DNA of 32,000 bases from Geotalea daltonii FRC-32. GTDB taxonomy: Bacteria > Desulfobacterota > Desulfuromonadia > Geobacterales > Geobacteraceae. Under the pieces are notes generated by a model. That model had not been told where the DNA came from and did no database searches. It saw only the letters and a list, made by a program, of their open reading frames with translations. Positions 14,505 to 22,695 of the stretch are shown here, piece after piece. Made by a program: the position numbers and the translations under genes. Where the stretch lies: contig NC_011979.1 of the NCBI RefSeq assembly GCF_000022265.1, positions 240,001 through 272,000 of the forward strand. The letters are read 5' to 3'. How positions within the stretch are numbered: the stretch's first letter is position 1; each line of letters starts with the position of its first letter.

Positions 14505-16463
14505 ATGAGGTATGCAGAAACAGGGTATGTATTAGAAGTTGATCTGACCAAGGGAAGCATCGAGAGAGTGGCGACAGATCCGAAAGACACCGAGCTGTAT
14601 CTGGGCGGATTGGGCACCAATGCCAAACTGCTCTGGGACCGAGTCCCTCCTGAAGTTGATCCTTTTTCGCCCGACAATCTTCTCATATTCGCTGCGGGCC
14701 TTCTGTGCGGCACGCCGGCTACTGGGTGCAACCGGACCATCGTGTCCACCATTTCCCCCCAGACCCGGCTGATGGCTTTTTCCATGATGGGTGGGTTCTG
14801 GGCCCCGGAACTGAAATATGCCGGTTATGATAAAGTGATCCTCCGTGGCAAGTCCCCCGACCTGGTCTATCTTTACATCAACAACGACAAGGTGGAGATT
14901 CGCGACGCCTCCCACCTCAAGGGCAAAGGGGCTATCGAAACGGCGGAGATCATCAAGAAGGAGCTGGATGAGCCGCGGGCCCAGGTGGCGGCCATCGGTC
15001 TGGCCGGTGAAAACCGGGTGTACTATGCTTCCATCGAGCAGGGTCGCTCCAGTGCCAGCCGTGGCGGCATCGGCGCCGTCATGGGGGACAAAGGGGTCAA
15101 GGCGGTGGTCGTTCGCGGCACCAAGGATCTTTGTGTCGCCAAGCCACAGGAGTATATGGACCTTTGCAACGAGGTGCTCGATTACATCAAGCACCGGGAG
15201 GAGAACCCGATCCCGGACGTCATGCCGATTCTGGCCGGGCTGGGTTCGCCCCAGGAGATGAAGGTCCACGACGAGAAGTGGCATACGGAGAACTTCAACT
15301 GGGGCAACGCCCGTACCCGCCGCAAGGATTTCTGGACCGAAGAGGTCGATCATGCCTGGGCGGAGACCATGGAGAAGGCCCGGACTCGCCTGATCAGCTG
15401 CTATAACTGCCCCATGAAGTGCGGCGCGACCATTTCCATGGAGGGGCTTCCCACCTACATGATGAAATGCTTCACCAAGCTCACCTACACCATGGCTGCC
15501 TATTCGGACCTGGATTTCGGTTTGAGGATCGCCCAGAAGGCCACGGAGTACGGGCTGGACGGTTTCTCCGCTCCCCAGGTCATGGCCTTTGCCTTTGAAC
15601 TGTTGGAAAAGGGCATCCTGACAGAAAAAGACTTCCCTGGTCTGCCCGAGGATAACGAAGAGAAGTTCTTCTACCTCTTGGACAAGATCGTCCGGCGGGA
15701 TGGGATTGGCGATGTGCTGGCCAACGGCACCTATTGGGCGGCACAGGAGATCGGCAAGGGGGCGGAAGAATACGCCCACAACAATATCAAGAAGCATGAG
15801 CAGCTGCCGCTCAAGCTTTCCATGCTGAACCCCATCTACTACCTCATGTATTGCACCGGGGAGAAGATCAACATCACCCAGATCGAGGGGCAGTTTCCCC
15901 AGGCGCCTTATCCGAAGAGAGAACAGCGGGAAGAGTTCGTCAAGGATTGGTTCCAGGTGCCCGATGACAAATTCAAGCAGATCTTCCTGGACTGGGAGCC
16001 GCGCGGCGAAAAGTCCATGCCCCACTATCCGACCGTGGACATGTGCTGCGACATCGTCGACTGGCAGGAGCGGATGCATTACATCGACGACGCCCTGGGA
16101 CAGTGCGCGGGTCTCTCTTCGTTCCCCCTCAAGCCCCCGTACCATATCCACAACTATCCCAAGTTCATTGAGGCTGGGGCAGGGATCGAAATGGATGAAG
16201 AGAAGCTGACCCTGGCGGCCAAGAGATACCGGACCCTGGTCAGGGCCATCAACATCAGAAGGGGCATGAGAAGGATCGATGAGACGCCGCCGGCGAACCA
16301 CTGGAAGAACCGGTTCCCCGAGCTGGAAAAGGAGTTGCTGGATTCGTACTACAAGCTCAAGGGGTGGAATGACGACGGCATCCCCACCAAGGAAACCCTG
16401 GATGAACTGGGGCTGGGTTTTGTCAGCGAGGAATTCGTCAAGCGGGGCATCCTGACCGATTGA
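14505..16463 (+). CDS. bamB: Class II benzoyl-CoA reductase active-site subunit (tungsten/pterin aldehyde:ferredoxin oxidoreductase family)
   Basis: 652 aa with a GAGGGG SD. AOR-family N-terminus MRYAETGYVLEVDLTKGSIERV...LGGLGTNAKLLWD. Followed by bamC-I in the canonical order. Confidence 0.93.
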   Translation: MRYAETGYVLEVDLTKGSIERVATDPKDTELYLGGLGTNAKLLWDRVPPEVDPFSPDNLLIFAAGLLCGTPATGCNRTIVSTISPQTRLMAFSMMGGFWAPELKYAGYDKVILRGKSPDLVYLYINNDKVEIRDASHLKGKGAIETAEIIKKELDEPRAQVAAIGLAGENRVYYASIEQGRSSASRGGIGAVMGDKGVKAVVVRGTKDLCVAKPQEYMDLCNEVLDYIKHREENPIPDVMPILAGLGSPQEMKVHDEKWHTENFNWGNARTRRKDFWTEEVDHAWAETMEKARTRLISCYNCPMKCGATISMEGLPTYMMKCFTKLTYTMAAYSDLDFGLRIAQKATEYGLDGFSAPQVMAFAFELLEKGILTEKDFPGLPEDNEEKFFYLLDKIVRRDGIGDVLANGTYWAAQEIGKGAEEYAHNNIKKHEQLPLKLSMLNPIYYLMYCTGEKINITQIEGQFPQAPYPKREQREEFVKDWFQVPDDKFKQIFLDWEPRGEKSMPHYPTVDMCCDIVDWQERMHYIDDALGQCAGLSSFPLKPPYHIHNYPKFIEAGAGIEMDEEKLTLAAKRYRTLVRAINIRRGMRRIDETPPANHWKNRFPELEKELLDSYYKLKGWNDDGIPTKETLDELGLGFVSEEFVKRGILTD

Positions 16464-16510
16464 CAGCCGGTTCTGCGGCAACAGAGATCTTAACGTGGAG
16501 GGCGAGAACC

Positions 16511-17053
16511 TTGAACAATGATACGAAAACAAGAACAGTCAAAACAATAAATATCGATGCGGATAAATGCAACGGCTGCCGGGCCTGCGAGGTCATCTGC
16601 TCGGCCTTCCATGCCATGCCCAAATACAGCAGCAACAATCCGGCACGGTCGCGGGTCCGGGTGGTCCGTGATCCGCTCAGAGACATCTATGTCCCATTGT
16701 ATGCGGGCGAGTATACGGAATCCGAATGCATCGGCCGGGACAAATACATAATCGACGGCAAGGAGTACGATGAGTGCGGCTTTTGCCGGGCCTCCTGTCC
16801 GTCCCGGGACCTGTTCCGGGAACCAGATTCGGGACTGCCGCTCAAATGCGACCTCTGTGACGGCGAAGACGAGCCCCTCTGTGTCAAGTGGTGTCTGGTC
16901 GGCGCCCTCTCCGTCACCGAAAGGGAAGTGGCCGTAATACCGGAAGAAGAGAAACTGGGCGAGATGGAAATCGGCCTGGAATCGTTGATAAGCAGGTTCG
17001 GCATCGACAAGGTCGCCGATACGGTTGCGCAGAAATCCAAAGAGAAACGCTAA
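16511..17053 (+). CDS. bamC: Class II benzoyl-CoA reductase Fe-S subunit (poly-ferredoxin-like)
   Basis: Cys clusters CNGCRACEVIC, CGFCRASCP, CDLCDGEDEPLCVKWC. Start placed at TTG 16511, 8 nt after GGAGGG (16497-16502). The track start TTG 16460 overlaps the bamB stop and has no SD, so the start is uncertain. Confidence 0.8.
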   Translation: MNNDTKTRTVKTINIDADKCNGCRACEVICSAFHAMPKYSSNNPARSRVRVVRDPLRDIYVPLYAGEYTESECIGRDKYIIDGKEYDECGFCRASCPSRDLFREPDSGLPLKCDLCDGEDEPLCVKWCLVGALSVTEREVAVIPEEEKLGEMEIGLESLISRFGIDKVADTVAQKSKEKR

Positions 17054-17063
17054 CCAGAACAGG

Positions 17064-18227
17064 ATGGGTGCTATCGTGGAAACCGTAACTCCATATAAAG
17101 AGATCATCGATGTCATAAAAGAAAAGGGTGGCGATTCGCTCAAGTACTGTTATCAGTGCGGTTTGTGCGATTCGGTCTGCCCCTGGAACCGGGTACGCAA
17201 GTTCAGTATGCGCAAGATCGTCCGTCAGGGAACATTCGGCCTGACAGAGATCGAGCAGGAAGATATCTGGCGCTGCAGTACCTGCGGCACCTGTCCCAGT
17301 CGCTGCCCCAGAGGGGTAAATCAGATCGAGGCCGGCGTTGCAATGCGCAAGATCGGTGCTGAATACGATGTCTATCCAGGCCATGCAGGTACCATCCGCA
17401 ACGTGGTGGCCAGCCTGACCTCCGAGGGGAACTCGCTGGGGGGGGAACGGACCAAACGGGCTGAATGGGCAAACGATCTGCCCGTCAAAACCTATAAGGA
17501 TGGGATGGAAGTTCTCTACTTTACCGGCTGTTACTTGAGTTACGACCCGAGAATGAGAAAGGTGGCTGCCGCGACGGCCCAAATTCTCAACAAGGCGGGG
17601 GTGGAGTTCGGCATTCTCGGTGAAAAGGAAAGCTGCTGCGGGGAAAGCATCCGCAAGACCGGCAATGAGGACCTCTTTAAGAAGCTGGCCAAGGAAAACA
17701 TCAAGGCCTTCATCGACAACGGGGTGAAAAAGGTCCTGGTTTCCTCGCCCCACTGCTACCACACTTTCAAAAACGAGTATCCCGAGTTCATGGTCAACTT
17801 CGAGGTGGTCTTCATCTCCCAGTTCATCGCCCAACTCATCAACGAGGGACGGCTTACCATCAGCAAGGAATTTGCAAAGAAGGTCACCTATCACGACCCT
17901 TGCTACCTGGGACGCCACAACGGCATCTACGACGAGCCACGGGAGGTGCTGCAGAAGGTCCCTGGCCTGGAACTGCTGGAGATGGCCGATTCACGGGAAG
18001 CTAGCCTCTGCTGTGGTGGCGGCGGCGGAAGGATCTGGATGGAGACACCGAAGGAAGAACGATTCGCAGACCTGAGGCTCAGGCAGGCGGTCGATGTGGG
18101 GGCCGAGGTCCTGGCAACTTCATGCCCTTACTGCATCACCAACTTTACAGACAGCAGCCTGGATCTGGCGGAGCATGAGGCAGTCGAGATCAAGGATCTT
18201 ACGGAAATCATCCTGGAAGTGATCTAA
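17064..18227 (+). CDS. bamD: HdrD-like subunit (2x[4Fe-4S] plus two CCG domains)
   Basis: CYQCGLCDSVCP and CSTCGTCPSRCP ferredoxin motifs. CCG-domain signatures CCGESIRKTG and CCGGGGG, plus TSCPYC. Start taken as ATG 17064, 11 nt after the bamC stop. Confidence 0.88.
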   Translation: MGAIVETVTPYKEIIDVIKEKGGDSLKYCYQCGLCDSVCPWNRVRKFSMRKIVRQGTFGLTEIEQEDIWRCSTCGTCPSRCPRGVNQIEAGVAMRKIGAEYDVYPGHAGTIRNVVASLTSEGNSLGGERTKRAEWANDLPVKTYKDGMEVLYFTGCYLSYDPRMRKVAAATAQILNKAGVEFGILGEKESCCGESIRKTGNEDLFKKLAKENIKAFIDNGVKKVLVSSPHCYHTFKNEYPEFMVNFEVVFISQFIAQLINEGRLTISKEFAKKVTYHDPCYLGRHNGIYDEPREVLQKVPGLELLEMADSREASLCCGGGGGRIWMETPKEERFADLRLRQAVDVGAEVLATSCPYCITNFTDSSLDLAEHEAVEIKDLTEIILEVI

Positions 18228-18326
18228 CCCCCTCAGTCTCCCCTGACAAGGGGTTTGCGACGAAAGAAGTAGACTGGTCTGAACAACCGAGCATTGAAAA
18301 GCACTCAAGTCGAAGGATAAACTTCT

Positions 18327-21300
18327 ATGAATACTGAAGACAGAAATATTGGCGATGTACTGATTGTCGGTGGAGGGATCAGCGGTATCCAAGCCTCGCT
18401 GGATCTGGCCAATTCAGGGTTCCGGGTTTTTCTGGTCGACAAATCGCCGGCCCTTGGGGGAAAGATGTCCCAGCTGGACAAGACCTTCCCCACCAACGAC
18501 TGTTCCATGTGCATCGAGTCTCCAAAGTTCATCGAATGCGCCAGGAACCCGAACATCGAGATCATAACCTACACTGAAGTGGACCGGGTCGAAGGTGAGG
18601 CCGGCGACTTCAAGGTGACCCTGACCAAGAAGCCCCGCTATATCTCGGAAGAGAAATGCACCGGCTGCAACATCTGCGTCGACTACTGCCCGGTGAAGAT
18701 TTCCGACCCGTTCAACCAGCACCTGTCAGAAAACAAGGCCGTGCATATCTACTTCTCCCAAGCAGTGCCCCTGGTCACATACGTTGACCCGGAAACCTGC
18801 TTATATCTCAAGGAAGGGAAGTGTCAGATCTGCGTTGGCGCCTGTAAGACGAATGCCATTGATCTCCATCAGAAACCGGAGACCATGGTGCTTGAAGTGG
18901 GGGCAATCATTCTTTCCCCCGGCTACGAAACCTTCAATCCCAAGCTGCGTGGAGACTTCGGCTATGGGCAGATGAAGAACGTGGTCACCAGCCTCGATTT
19001 CGAGCGCATCCTCTGCGCCACCGGTCCCTATGAGGGGGAGATCCTGCGCCCTTCGGACGGCAAGCACCCCCACAAGATCGCCTGGATCCAGTGCGTCGGC
19101 TCCCGCCAGGTAACCCCAGGCGGCAACAACTACTGCTCGGCGGTCTGCTGCGCCTACAGCCAAAAACAGGTGATCCTGGCCAAGGACCACGACGCCGACC
19201 TGCAGGCGACCATCTTTCATAACGACGTCCGCGCCTACGGCAAGGACTTCGAGCGTTTCCATCAGCGGGCGGAGCGGCTGTCTGACGTGCGCTTCATCCG
19301 CAGCTACGTGACGGTGGGACGGGAGATCGAGAGCAGCAAAAACGTCACCATCCGCTATTCCACCCTGGATGATGGGGTGAAAGAAGAGGAATTCGATATG
19401 GTCGTCCTCTCGGTGGGGCTCAATCCGCCCAAGGACGTGGAGATGCTGGCCCAGAAAATTGGAATCGAGCTCAGCGACCAAAAGTTTTGTAAAAATAACC
19501 CCTACAACCCCATCGAGACTTCACGCAAGGGGGTCTTCGTCAGCGGCGCTTTCCAGGGACCGCTGGACATACCGGAATCGGTCGTCACCGCCAGCGGTGC
19601 GGGTGCCCTCTGCGGACAACTCCTCTCCTACCGGCGCCACAGGTTGGAGCGGGAGAGGGTCTATCCGCCGGAGAAGGATGTCTCCAAAGAGGAACTGAAG
19701 ATCGGGGTTGTCGTCTGTTACTGCGGCGCCAACATCGGCAGGGTCGTTGATATCCCAGCCGTCATTGAATACGCGGCCACATTGCCCAACGTTTCCTGGG
19801 CCGGTGAGAACCTCTTCGCCTGTTCCACGGAAAACGCCAAGCAGATTTCCGACGCTATCGTCGAGAAGGGGCTGAACAGGGTGGTGCTTGCGGCCTGTAC
19901 ACCCAGGACCCACGAGCCGCTCTTCCGGGATACCTGCCGTGAGGCGGGACTGAACCAGTACTTCTTTGAATTTGCCAATATCCGCGAGCACTGCTCCTGG
20001 GTCCACTCACGGGAAAAGGAGAGCGCCACCCAGAAGGCAAAAGAGATCGTCCGGATGTCGGTGGCCAGGGCCGCCCATCTGGAGCCGCTCCAGGAGTTCC
20101 AGCTGCCGGTGGATCACACCGGGCTCGTTGTCGGCGGCGGGGTAGCCGGCATGACCGCGGCGCTGAATATGGCAGAGCAGGGCTTCGAGGTTTATCTCAT
20201 CGAAAAGGATGATGATCTGGGAGGGATGGCGCGCAGGCTCCACTATACCCTGGAGGGGCTGGACGTCCAGTCCTACCTGAAGGAACTGGTGAAGAAGGTC
20301 TACCGGCACCCGCAGATCCATGTCTGGACCGATGCCACCATCACCGAGGTTACCGGCTACGTGGGTAATTTCAACACCAAGGTTGTTTCCGAAGGGCGGA
20401 CCAGGGAAGTGAAGCACGGGGTGGCGGTGATCGCCACCGGCGCCCAGGAATACAAACCGACCGAATACTTGTATGGCACCAGCGACCGGGTCCTGACCCA
20501 GCTGGAACTGGAAGGGGAGATCGTCGACAAGACAGACAAGGTGACCGGCGCCCAGAGCGTGGTGATGATCCAGTGCGTGGGTTGCCGCCAGGCGGACAGG
20601 AACTACTGCAGCCGCGTCTGCTGCAGCCAGGCCATCAAGAATGCCCACAAGCTGAAGGAGATCAATCCGGAGATGGAGATCCAGATCCTCTTCCGGGATA
20701 TGCGCACCTACGGACTCAAGGAGACCTACTACCGCGAGGCTTCGGAGAAGAACGTCAAGTTCATCCGCTATGAGGCCGATACCAAGCCGGTGGTGGAAGC
20801 TGCCGGAAATGGGTTCAAAGTGACGGTGCCCGATCCGGTCCTGGGGCAGATGATGGAGCTTGAAGCGGACCTGGTGGTCCTGGCTGCAGCGGTCATTCCT
20901 TCCCCATCCAGCGCCGATGCCGGGAAATTCTTCAAAGTCTCTAACAACCCGGACGGTTTCTTCCAGGAGGCCCACGTGAAGCTCAGACCGGTGGATTTTG
21001 CCGCCGACGGGGTCTTCCTGGCAGGTACGGCCCATTATCCCAAGCATCTCACGGAGACCATCAGCCAGGCATACGGCGCTGCCGGACGGGCCGTGGGGAT
21101 CCTCTCCCGTGAGACCGTCACCGCTTCCGGGGCCGTCTGCGATGTGACCGAGAGCGATTGCGTATCCTGCGGGGCCTGTATCACCGCCTGTAAATATGGC
21201 GCCATATCGTTCCACGATACACCGCAAGGGAAAAAGGCCAGGGTTGAGCCGATCCTCTGCAAAGGAGATGGCCTCTGCAATGCCAAGTGCCCGACCGGAG

Positions 21301-21386
21301 CCATTTATTTGAAGCACTACACCGATGACGAAATTTTTGCCCAGATCGATGCGGCCCTTCCGGCCCATCAGGAAGACCATTTATGA
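18327..21386 (+). CDS. bamE: Tandem HdrA-like flavoprotein/Fe-S subunit
   Basis: 1019 aa. Two FAD dinucleotide folds (VLIVGGGISGIQASLDLANSGFRVFLVDK and LVVGGGVAGMTAALNMAEQGFEVYLIEK). Several CxxCxxC clusters. No in-frame stop codon in this copy. Confidence 0.9.
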   Translation: MNTEDRNIGDVLIVGGGISGIQASLDLANSGFRVFLVDKSPALGGKMSQLDKTFPTNDCSMCIESPKFIECARNPNIEIITYTEVDRVEGEAGDFKVTLTKKPRYISEEKCTGCNICVDYCPVKISDPFNQHLSENKAVHIYFSQAVPLVTYVDPETCLYLKEGKCQICVGACKTNAIDLHQKPETMVLEVGAIILSPGYETFNPKLRGDFGYGQMKNVVTSLDFERILCATGPYEGEILRPSDGKHPHKIAWIQCVGSRQVTPGGNNYCSAVCCAYSQKQVILAKDHDADLQATIFHNDVRAYGKDFERFHQRAERLSDVRFIRSYVTVGREIESSKNVTIRYSTLDDGVKEEEFDMVVLSVGLNPPKDVEMLAQKIGIELSDQKFCKNNPYNPIETSRKGVFVSGAFQGPLDIPESVVTASGAGALCGQLLSYRRHRLERERVYPPEKDVSKEELKIGVVVCYCGANIGRVVDIPAVIEYAATLPNVSWAGENLFACSTENAKQISDAIVEKGLNRVVLAACTPRTHEPLFRDTCREAGLNQYFFEFANIREHCSWVHSREKESATQKAKEIVRMSVARAAHLEPLQEFQLPVDHTGLVVGGGVAGMTAALNMAEQGFEVYLIEKDDDLGGMARRLHYTLEGLDVQSYLKELVKKVYRHPQIHVWTDATITEVTGYVGNFNTKVVSEGRTREVKHGVAVIATGAQEYKPTEYLYGTSDRVLTQLELEGEIVDKTDKVTGAQSVVMIQCVGCRQADRNYCSRVCCSQAIKNAHKLKEINPEMEIQILFRDMRTYGLKETYYREASEKNVKFIRYEADTKPVVEAAGNGFKVTVPDPVLGQMMELEADLVVLAAAVIPSPSSADAGKFFKVSNNPDGFFQEAHVKLRPVDFAADGVFLAGTAHYPKHLTETISQAYGAAGRAVGILSRETVTASGAVCDVTESDCVSCGACITACKYGAISFHDTPQGKKARVEPILCKGDGLCNAKCPTGAIYLKHYTDDEIFAQIDAALPAHQEDHL

Positions 21387-21419
21387 AAGGCAGGGACTAC
21401 TGCCTGAAAGGAGGAAACA

Positions 21420-22193
21420 ATGGCTGCCGGATTTGAAGATAAACCCAGAGTTGTCGGCTTTCTTTGCACTTGGTGAGCGTACGGCGCTGCCGACCTGGCT
21501 GGAGTTTCCAGACTGCAATATACAACTGAAACAAAGATTATCCGTGTAATGTGCACCGGCAGAGTCGACCTGGCCTTCGTGATCCGGGCTTTCTCCAAGG
21601 GAGCGGATGGGGTATTTATCGGTGGGTGCTGGCCTGGTGAGTGTCATTATGTCACCGAAGGAAACTTCGATGTATTGAAGAATGTACATATCGCCAAGAA
21701 GCTTTTGGAACAGATCGGGATCAATCCCGACCGGCTGAGGCTTGAATGGATTTCTGCCTCGGAGGGGATGCGTTATGCCGAGGTGATGAATGATTTCGGC
21801 AAAAAGCTGAAGGAAATGGGACCACTGGGCAAGGGGGAAGGAATAGAGGAAAGTGTCCTGAAGCTCAAGCTGGAAGCCGTCACCAAACTTGTTCCCTACA
21901 TAAAGCTGGTGGAACGGGAACGGCTGCGGCAGCGGTTTGATACGGAGGAAGCGTACAGCCGGTTTTTTGCCAGTGATGAACTGAATAGGCTCTTTGCCGA
22001 GCTGGTGGGTAATAAGCTGGCGGTAAGTCAGATCACCCTGTTGCTGCAGGATAAGCCGCTTTCTACCGGCGAAATCGCCCAGGCTCTCGGTCTCAACGCA
22101 TCTGAAGTGTCACGGCACCTGAAGACCTCCACCATGCACGGGTTGATAAGGTTCGACGAAGGGCTGAAGCGCTACGCCCTGGCTCAAGTGTAA
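21420..22193 (+). CDS. bamF: MvhD-like subunit with in-frame UGA selenocysteine at 21474-21476
   Basis: ATG 21420 lies 5 nt after AGGAGG (21409-21414). Reads MAAGFEDKPRVVGFLCTW-U-AYGAADLAGVSRLQYTTETKIIRV, then continues in the same frame into the track ORF at 21549 (MCTGRVDLAFVIRAFSKGADGVFIGGCWPGECHY). 21549 minus 21420 is 129 nt, or 43 codons. The region across the UGA matches the conserved MvhD/VhuD N-terminus. Confidence 0.85.
21496..21515 (+). other. Candidate SECIS hairpin downstream of the bamF UGA
   Basis: CUGG (21499-21502) pairs with CCAG (21508-21511) around loop AGUUU. Extendable by G-C, G-U and U-G pairs across a bulged A. Starts 20 nt after the UGA. Weak on its own. Confidence 0.3.
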
Positions 22194-22232
22194 CGGTGGA
22201 TCAAACGTAGGAACAATAAGAGGAATGGGACC

Positions 22233-22685
22233 ATGGATATCGCCAAAATAGATCAGATCATTGACAAGCACAACGGTGAGGAGAGTTCCCTGATCCAGAT
22301 CCTGCTGGATATTCAGAGCGAACATCACTGGCTCCCCAAGGAGGCGCTCAACCGGGTAGCCGAGAAGCTGCAGGTTCCCATGAGCCGCATCCAGCACATA
22401 GCCACATTTTACAAAGCCTTCAGCCTGGTACCCAAGGGGCGCCATGAGGTTCATGTCTGCATGGGCACCGCCTGTCATGTTCGAGGCGCCCAGCGTGTCC
22501 TGGATACGGTTCAGGACGCGACCGGCATCAAACCGGGGGAAACCGACGCAGAACTGAAGTTCAGCCTGGAGACAGTCAACTGCCTCGGCTGCTGCGCCTT
22601 GGGCCCGGTAATGGAAGTGGACGGCAAGCACCATGGCAATATCGCACCGTCCCAGATCGCATCCGTGTTGAATAACTGTGATTAA
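22233..22685 (+). CDS. bamG: NuoE/HoxE-like [2Fe-2S] subunit
   Basis: 150 aa with an AAGAGGAA SD. Thioredoxin-like ferredoxin motifs CMGTACHVRG and CLGCCALGP. Confidence 0.9.
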   Translation: MDIAKIDQIIDKHNGEESSLIQILLDIQSEHHWLPKEALNRVAEKLQVPMSRIQHIATFYKAFSLVPKGRHEVHVCMGTACHVRGAQRVLDTVQDATGIKPGETDAELKFSLETVNCLGCCALGPVMEVDGKHHGNIAPSQIASVLNNCD

Positions 22686-22695
22686 GGGTCAAATT

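Noticed and set aside
14532-16532. 666-aa minus-strand ORF
   Set aside because: Antisense shadow of bamB. No recognisable motifs, whereas the plus frame is an unmistakable AOR-family protein.
18240-18253. CCCCT-gaca-AGGGG hairpin followed by TTTG between bamD and bamE
   Set aside because: Only 5 bp with a minimal U tract. At most a weak processing or pause site, and not supportable as a terminator.
18327-21386. Looked for an in-frame UGA (Sec) in the HdrA-like bamE, as occurs in some HdrA homologues
   Set aside because: The frame is uninterrupted for 1019 codons, and the relevant CSMC motif uses Cys.
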